From a virus (Duplodnaviria > Caudoviricetes), in IMG/VR virus record IMGVR_UViG_3300025121_000013: a DNA stretch of 64,000 bases; one strand, given 5' to 3'. The position numbers were made by a program, and so were the translations under genes. The first letter of the stretch is position 1, and each line of letters begins with the position of its first letter. This document shows, in pieces, positions 58,094 through 64,000 of the stretch. The notes under the pieces are model-generated. The model searched no databases, was not told where the DNA came from, and was given only the letters and a program-made list of their open reading frames with translations.

Positions 58094-60438
58094 TAAAGTT
58101 CCAAATCGTCAGACGGGTTGTTTTCAAGAATATCTTTAAGCATATTTCTTTTTGCGATTGTTACTTTGCCTCCAGTATGAAAAACTCTCATAATATTTTG
58201 AGTACTCATTTGTCCCAATTTTAAAGCAGTAAAAATTCCAATGTACGGGGTTTTGTTAACCTTCAATAAATCTCCATAACATGTATGACAAATTTTTAAA
58301 GATTCGCAAAAAATCGGTGTTCTGATATTTGCTATATCGCCTTCTTTCAAACCAGATTCTTCAAATTTTATAATTTTATCATTCTTTAAAATATAACGGC
58401 CCATAAATCTAGAGACCATTTCTTTGGTAAGTCTAATATTTAAAGTTCTTTTTGTTTTGCAATCCTTTAATATAGGATCAGCTTCAACAGAGTTTAAAAG
58501 ATAAACTAATTTTCTTGCAAAATAGCCAGTTTGACTAGTCGATATAACCCGTGAAATGATGCCATGTCTTGATCCAGAGGATGCTTCAAAATATTGTTTA
58601 TTTGTTAACCCTTCAGAAAAAGAACTTTCAATTGGGGGCAAAACGTTTCCTTTTGGATCAGCGATGATACCCTTTGCCACTAAAATTTGCATAGGAGAAT
58701 CCCATCCTTTTCCAGCACCAGATTCAATTATTTCATATAATCCAGTATCTTTTAAATGTTCGATTAATATTTTTTTCATTTTTTCTAAAAGGTCTGAAGC
58801 CTCTTCTATAGTGGCCCCACTCATTTTTTTCTTTAATTGAATTATAGAATCAGGAATTGTTAATTCATCTAGGGGAAGGCTATCTCCAAAAATCGTAGCC
58901 CATTTAAATCCTATATTTTCAACCTTTAAAAATGTATTTAGAGTTATTTCTTTTCCGTATTTTTGATATATTTCTTGAATTAAATTGTTGACAATTTTCT
59001 TGTTTATTTGTCCATCGACAAATCTAAAATCTTCTGGAAAACAATAATTAAAAATTGCTCTTCCAAGAGTGGTTTGTCTTTTTTTAAATATTACAGGTAA
59101 ATATGGATTTGTTCCTTTTTCTAATAATTCCTTTGAAACCGAAACTGGGGATTTATTTACTTTTACATCTTTTGTTAAACTATAAAGTCCAAGAGCCATT
59201 TCTTTTGATAATTCAAAGGTCATACTATTTGTTGATGAACCGGCTGTTAGCCTCATCATTTTCATTTTTGCTTCTTCCTGAGCCTCTTTACTCAAAGGAA
59301 GAAAAACACCCATTGCATCTCCATCAAAGTCGGCGTTAAACCCACCGACTCTTAAAGCACATAATTGCATGGTATTTCCATGATGAATTTTTATATAAAA
59401 CGCCCCATAACCTTGATCATGAAGAACTGGATCTCGCTTTAATAAAACAACTCTATCTTTTGAGGCGATCTCCGTGGCTTGAAAAAATATATCATACAAT
59501 TCTTTAGGAACTTCATCACCTATTTTTATAGATTTTATAACCTGAAGAATTGTATCAACATTTAATTCACTTTTTGTATATTTTTTTATTTCTCTTGATA
59601 AAAGATTTTTATCTATAAGATTTGTATGTAAAAGAATATGAATTATAAATGGCTCTAATAGTTTTACAGCCATTTTAAATGGAAGTCCAACCTCACTTAC
59701 TTTTAAATCTGGTCCAGGGGTGATAACCGCTCGCCCAGAAAAATCGACACGTTTTCCCAATAATTGATTTCTAATAATTCCATCCTTTTTTTGAACTCTT
59801 GTGCGTATAAAATCATCATGAGAATTTACCGAAGTTTGAAGACTAAAATTTAATAAATCAAAAAGTTCACCTTTTGAGCCAACAGATTTTATTTGTGAGG
59901 CTCTATACATAACTGATAAATAAATATCATTTAAACTATCATGAATCCATTGATTTGATTCATCTTTGAAGATAGGTCTTAAATCAGGGGGAATAACTGG
60001 AAGTTTTCTAATAAATAAAAGTCCCTTTTTATTAGATTCTTTTAATAAAAAGATTAATTTTTCTCTTGTACGTGTTTCCCCTCTAAATTCAATTTTATCA
60101 AAATCTTCCATAAAATTTTGTAATCCAGTTCTCCCTTCTTCTGCTGTTTCTATTTTTCCATCGGTTATAATATATTTTTCTTCTGTAGATATATATTTCT
60201 CAAATTTTCTATGTATTTGTTTTAAAATTTTATACGCGGTTGGATGTAAAACATAAGCTCCAAGATCTATATAAGAAAACTTTTGCCTTCTTTCAAAAGA
60301 TCCTTCAGGTCCAAAAATATCTTCAGAAAATAACCCTTCTTGATTAAACCCACCACTTCTCGAAAAAAATTCTGTAGATAAAACTGGAGTCAGTTTTCTA
60401 CAAAATTCTTCAACATTTAAAAAATTAAGATTGGCCAT
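58093..60438 (-). CDS. rpoC: RNA polymerase beta' N-terminal/catalytic part (set 2)
   Basis: VIPPDLRP, LGKRVDFSGRAV, LKRDPVLH, NADFDGDAM, GYFARKL, QNIMRVFHTGG. Confidence 0.93.
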   Translation of the reverse strand: MANLNFLNVEEFCRKLTPVLSTEFFSRSGGFNQEGLFSEDIFGPEGSFERRQKFSYIDLGAYVLHPTAYKILKQIHRKFEKYISTEEKYIITDGKIETAEEGRTGLQNFMEDFDKIEFRGETRTREKLIFLLKESNKKGLLFIRKLPVIPPDLRPIFKDESNQWIHDSLNDIYLSVMYRASQIKSVGSKGELFDLLNFSLQTSVNSHDDFIRTRVQKKDGIIRNQLLGKRVDFSGRAVITPGPDLKVSEVGLPFKMAVKLLEPFIIHILLHTNLIDKNLLSREIKKYTKSELNVDTILQVIKSIKIGDEVPKELYDIFFQATEIASKDRVVLLKRDPVLHDQGYGAFYIKIHHGNTMQLCALRVGGFNADFDGDAMGVFLPLSKEAQEEAKMKMMRLTAGSSTNSMTFELSKEMALGLYSLTKDVKVNKSPVSVSKELLEKGTNPYLPVIFKKRQTTLGRAIFNYCFPEDFRFVDGQINKKIVNNLIQEIYQKYGKEITLNTFLKVENIGFKWATIFGDSLPLDELTIPDSIIQLKKKMSGATIEEASDLLEKMKKILIEHLKDTGLYEIIESGAGKGWDSPMQILVAKGIIADPKGNVLPPIESSFSEGLTNKQYFEASSGSRHGIISRVISTSQTGYFARKLVYLLNSVEADPILKDCKTKRTLNIRLTKEMVSRFMGRYILKNDKIIKFEESGLKEGDIANIRTPIFCESLKICHTCYGDLLKVNKTPYIGIFTALKLGQMSTQNIMRVFHTGGKVTIAKRNMLKDILENNPSDDLEL

Positions 60439-60439
60439 A

Positions 60440-60868
60440 TTATTTTATTTCCTTCATCTCTTCACGAATCTTATTTAAGGACATGGTTTCTCTACCTTTT
60501 AAATATGCCATATCTTGAGGCTTAGGAATCTCTTGATTATAAACATTATATTTTCTTACAAGATAAGCGATAACTTTTGCAACCTCAACTGGAGAAAATT
60601 TATGTAGCTTGCTTATTGCGATCGCTAATTTTAAAGAGAATGAAATAACCTTTGGATCATGAATTCCTTGAACATTACAGATTGGAAAAACTGGACCTTC
60701 CTCTCCTTCCCCATGTTGAATCTTAATAAAACATTTAGGATTTTTTTCATACATATTTTTAACATAAGATGGATCCATCATATTTTCAAGAAACTCCTTA
60801 TAACTATCAGGTTGTAAAATGTCATGAATCTTTTTGATCAATTCTGTGATGCTTTCCTTTTCCTTCAT
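60440..60868 (-). CDS. hypothetical protein (first gene of the RNAP set 2 operon)
   Basis: 142-aa ORF coupled to beta'. Confidence 0.65.
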   Translation of the reverse strand: MKEKESITELIKKIHDILQPDSYKEFLENMMDPSYVKNMYEKNPKCFIKIQHGEGEEGPVFPICNVQGIHDPKVISFSLKLAIAISKLHKFSPVEVAKVIAYLVRKYNVYNQEIPKPQDMAYLKGRETMSLNKIREEMKEIK

Positions 60869-61012
60869 AATTATTTAATCCTCCAAAATATGAATGTTTC
60901 AACCCCATTTTAATATTTGTTCTTTAAAAAAGTTTAAAGAAAAAGTGCAAAAAAATGGATCGGGATAAACCATGCCCCAACCCATTTTTCTTTAATATTT
61001 TCTTGTAGTCTA

Positions 61013-61267
61013 TTATCCGTGATATCTAATTGCTTCAAGCATTCTTCTTCCAAATTTATGAAAAGGACAATTTCCTTTTTCATCTTTGAAAAGATCAGAA
61101 GAAAATTTATAATTCTCATCGATTTTAACTAATTCCATTTCAACCATGGGACAACTACGACAATCATTCGAATGTAAATCATCACATATACCTGTCAAAA
61201 GCCCTTCAATTTGTTTATCGGTATAATTTCCAACTTTTGCTATCTCGACTATGATATTATAATCCAT
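61013..61267 (-). CDS. small Cys-rich protein
   Basis: GGAGG SD; C..CRSC..CPFH. Confidence 0.55.
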   Translation of the reverse strand: MDYNIIVEIAKVGNYTDKQIEGLLTGICDDLHSNDCRSCPMVEMELVKIDENYKFSSDLFKDEKGNCPFHKFGRRMLEAIRYHG

Positions 61268-61279
61268 TTTTAATCCTCC

Positions 61280-62644
61280 TTAAATAGCTGCGTTTCTTCT
61301 AATTTCTTCAAAAGTTCGATCTATCAACAATTCTCCATTTTCAAAAACTGTTTCTAAAATATCTACGCCGGTTCCTTCCTTTACAGTAATATAATTTTCT
61401 CCTTCTTTATTTAAAGAAAATCTACCTTTCTTAGACATTTTGCTTATATCCTTTGGCTTCTTAAAAATTTCTCTCCATTCTCCATTTACACATTGTGCTG
61501 AACATTTAAAAGCAAACCTTTGATCGTCTCTATTTATTTTTTGTAAAAGACCACCACCCATTCCAAATACAATATTCTCAGCACTCCAAGCGGCTGCTTT
61601 CATCGCATGAAGAATATTTCTTATTCCAAGATAATCAATGCCATCTCCCCACAAAACACCAATTTTTTCATTTAAAACTTTATAGCCTTTATCATTAACT
61701 TGACATCCAAAAATAGATTTCAAAAGTTCAAGAACTAAAATTGTCGTAGATACTGGCTCACCGCTATCAGGACGAAATACAGTTTTTCCATTTCTATTTA
61801 AAATTTCTTCTTTACAAGATTTTGAAACCTCAGAAATAAAATTCTCAAAATCATAGCTATCAATGACAATACTTAAAATTCCAGAATTATACTTTTTACA
61901 AAGATCTTTTAACAATTCTTTTTCACCTTCTTGACCACGGCTTGTCATAATACTATGTTCGGTAGCGGGGACTGAATATCCACAAACATCAGAATGATAA
62001 TATTTGATCGCTGTTTCGATGCCTCTAATTGTATCTGTGCCTTTAAAATTTACAAGATGACCAGCCCCTTCAATTCCCGCACTTTCGACTGAGCTAACTC
62101 CACGATAACCAAAATCATGAAGCATGAAATCAATTCCTTGAAAATTGGAAGACGCTGTAAGATCTAAATAATATTTAAAAAGAATTTTAATTTCTCTAGA
62201 AAGAGTCGCGCATGTACTTGAACTCCAAACATGAGTCAATAAAGTTTCTAAATGATTTGTCAACCAAAAACAATTTGGATCGGTATTTTCAACTGTCATT
62301 ATAACATTATTTGTTGGAATTGCCATTCCTTCAGGAACTGCCTTAATTCTTACGGGCAATTTTCCATCAAAATTATTCAATATATAATTCCAACCTTTTT
62401 CATTAAAAATACCTGGGCCCAAATGTTGATCGATCAATTCTTTTCCCATCTTAATTTTTTCTTTTGTCACGACCTGACCCAACAAATTTTTCTTAATTAA
62501 ATATTGAAGTCCAAAGAAAACTGTTGCATTGAATTTTGCGCCACTTCTAGACTCAAAATATGAATAAACATTTGTAATTCCATCTGGATACATTCCATAA
62601 TGTCCCATTTTATAGGAATCAGATAAGGTTGTTATATTTCTCAT
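61280..62644 (-). CDS. nadV: nicotinamide phosphoribosyltransferase (NAMPT)
   Basis: SDSYKMGH, HDFGYRG, PATEHS, RPDSG, GDGI, FGMGGGLLQ. Confidence 0.95.
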   Translation of the reverse strand: MRNITTLSDSYKMGHYGMYPDGITNVYSYFESRSGAKFNATVFFGLQYLIKKNLLGQVVTKEKIKMGKELIDQHLGPGIFNEKGWNYILNNFDGKLPVRIKAVPEGMAIPTNNVIMTVENTDPNCFWLTNHLETLLTHVWSSSTCATLSREIKILFKYYLDLTASSNFQGIDFMLHDFGYRGVSSVESAGIEGAGHLVNFKGTDTIRGIETAIKYYHSDVCGYSVPATEHSIMTSRGQEGEKELLKDLCKKYNSGILSIVIDSYDFENFISEVSKSCKEEILNRNGKTVFRPDSGEPVSTTILVLELLKSIFGCQVNDKGYKVLNEKIGVLWGDGIDYLGIRNILHAMKAAAWSAENIVFGMGGGLLQKINRDDQRFAFKCSAQCVNGEWREIFKKPKDISKMSKKGRFSLNKEGENYITVKEGTGVDILETVFENGELLIDRTFEEIRRNAAI

Positions 62645-62646
62645 GT

Positions 62647-63519
62647 CTAAAGTCCTTTCAAAAGTCCAACAAGGGGAAAATGAAATGGAATTACATATTT
62701 TTCAAAATCTTCAATTTTAAACCATTTCAATTCTTCAACATCATCCCTTGGGGTTGCCTTCCCAAAAAGTCTAATTGTTTTAAATAATGTCGTTATAATA
62801 TTTGTAGGCTCATTTCTATATCTCCAATCATCAATTACACAACTTCCAATATATTGAATAGAGGAAACTTCAAGACCAGTTTCTTCAAAAGTTTCCCTTT
62901 TTGCCGCAGATTCGATTGTTTCTCCTGGGTCAACAAAACCACCAATAAATTGAAATTTATCTAAATTTGGTTTTCGACATAAAAGAATTTCTGTATTTTC
63001 TTCATTTAAAATTGCAATATCTACAGTAGGGATTGGATTGATATATCTATTTTGTGAAGACCAAATTATACCAGAACGAAAAGCTGAATCTTGTAGAATT
63101 GATTTTCCTATATGTGCTCTAATTTTAGTTCCTGATTTTTTAGAATTACTATCGACTGTTACATGAGAATATTTTCCGGAATAAAAAGAAATAAAACTAT
63201 CTCTGCCCCCATATAAAATAGGCTCCTCATTTGGGCCAATAATATCATAGATTTTTTCATCTAAGATTTTAGACCAAACTTTATCATAATATTCATCTCT
63301 AATATATGAAACGATAGCTTTTGGAAATTTTTCTAAAATCACTTGTTTTTGATTTTCAAAATCTAATGGATTTCGAAATGAACTTTTAGCTTGAGAAATT
63401 CCAATAAAAATAATAACTTTCGTATGTTCATTAAATACAAATCGAATCAATTCTTCATGTCCTTCATGGAGTTTATCAACTTGAAATCTTCCGACTATAA
63501 CTCCAACGGTGTTTTTCAT
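62647..63519 (-). CDS. nadM: bifunctional NMN adenylyltransferase / Nudix ADP-ribose pyrophosphatase
   Basis: GRFQ..LHEGH (HxGH), SGTKIR, Nudix box GGFVDPGETIESAAKRETFEETG. Confidence 0.92.
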   Translation of the reverse strand: MKNTVGVIVGRFQVDKLHEGHEELIRFVFNEHTKVIIFIGISQAKSSFRNPLDFENQKQVILEKFPKAIVSYIRDEYYDKVWSKILDEKIYDIIGPNEEPILYGGRDSFISFYSGKYSHVTVDSNSKKSGTKIRAHIGKSILQDSAFRSGIIWSSQNRYINPIPTVDIAILNEENTEILLCRKPNLDKFQFIGGFVDPGETIESAAKRETFEETGLEVSSIQYIGSCVIDDWRYRNEPTNIITTLFKTIRLFGKATPRDDVEELKWFKIEDFEKYVIPFHFPLVGLLKGL

Positions 63520-63545
63520 CCTATCCTTTCAAAGATATATTTGTT

Positions 63546-63953
63546 TTAAGAAATGATAAATATTTCATTTTTATTTTTTAGAAATTTAAATGGTCTTCCA
63601 AATGATGTATATCCAAAACATCTCCAACAATTTATTTCTGAATTTTTATTAAAAAATGTTTTACATGGTCTCACTATTTCAGAATAATAAATTTTTATTC
63701 GATTATGATGTTTTAATATAAAGACAGCCTGCATTATTCCAGAGTGACAATTCCCTTTCGGATTACTAATGGCACTTTCATATACATCTTTCATACATTG
63801 ACAATCAATTTTTATTCTCTTTCCGCAAAGGGGGCAAATATTAAAATTTTTGTTAAATAACCATTTATCGGAAATTTGGTCAAAAAATAAATCACAAAAA
63901 GAGAAGCAATTGATTCTTAAAATACATTTATCACAAAAGAAGTTTGATTGCAT
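63546..63953 (-). CDS. Cys-rich hypothetical protein
   Basis: CDKCILRINCFSFC, CPLC; similar N-terminus to 21149-21556. Confidence 0.55.
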   Translation of the reverse strand: MQSNFFCDKCILRINCFSFCDLFFDQISDKWLFNKNFNICPLCGKRIKIDCQCMKDVYESAISNPKGNCHSGIMQAVFILKHHNRIKIYYSEIVRPCKTFFNKNSEINCWRCFGYTSFGRPFKFLKNKNEIFIIS

Positions 63954-64000
63954 TTTAAAATATCATATATAACTTATTTTTATTTTTTAAATATAAAGTT

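Noticed and set aside
5261-61119. Plus-strand ORFs and short nested minus-strand ORFs in the track (e.g. 5777-6118, 22303-22668, 33258-33611, 47689-48033)
   Set aside because: All overlap strong minus-strand genes, have low-complexity F/L/I/S composition and no motifs; antisense shadows
1-64000. CRISPR array, rRNA, tRNA, group I/II introns, inteins
   Set aside because: No regularly spaced direct repeats or RNA-gene structure seen; large enzymes read without obvious intein or intron insertions, and intergenic gaps are short
1-64000. Alternative genetic code (stop-codon reassignment seen in some large phages)
   Set aside because: Long conserved genes are intact under the standard code, and TAA, TAG and TGA all occur as coupled gene ends

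Overview
A 64-kb, very AT-rich (about 25% GC by eye) segment with about 75 tightly packed, often stop/start-coupled genes, all on the minus strand; it reads as part of a jumbo (large dsDNA) bacteriophage genome using the standard code. It encodes two separate multisubunit RNA polymerases (beta'+beta at 22.5-28.3 kb; a split beta' plus a long beta at 53.0-60.4 kb), type IIA topoisomerase A/B, an SbcCD/Mre11-Rad50 pair, an SF2 helicase, DNA ligase, FolE2 and QueD, two radical SAM enzymes, NAMPT plus NMNAT-Nudix, NADAR, macrodomain, RNA-repair-type enzymes, an HldE kinase and a pilin-like protein. The standout is a complete-looking ubiquitin-like conjugation cluster at 28.3-37.4 kb, running directly into the first RNAP operon: three E2-like proteins, two E1/ThiF proteins, a JAB protease and a Rho-N/HeH-Ubl fusion ending GRKG-F. 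The Ubl gene alone is about 60-65% GC and has its own UUCG terminator. Also notable are a J-domain kinase/vWA/divergent PurA trio, a beta' split inside the trigger loop, a frameshifted pyrimidine-dimer glycosylase missed by the ORF track, a possible mini PolB-like protein, and a set of long GC-rich hairpins. No tRNA, rRNA or CRISPR array was found. All family calls come from motif recognition by eye, not database searches.
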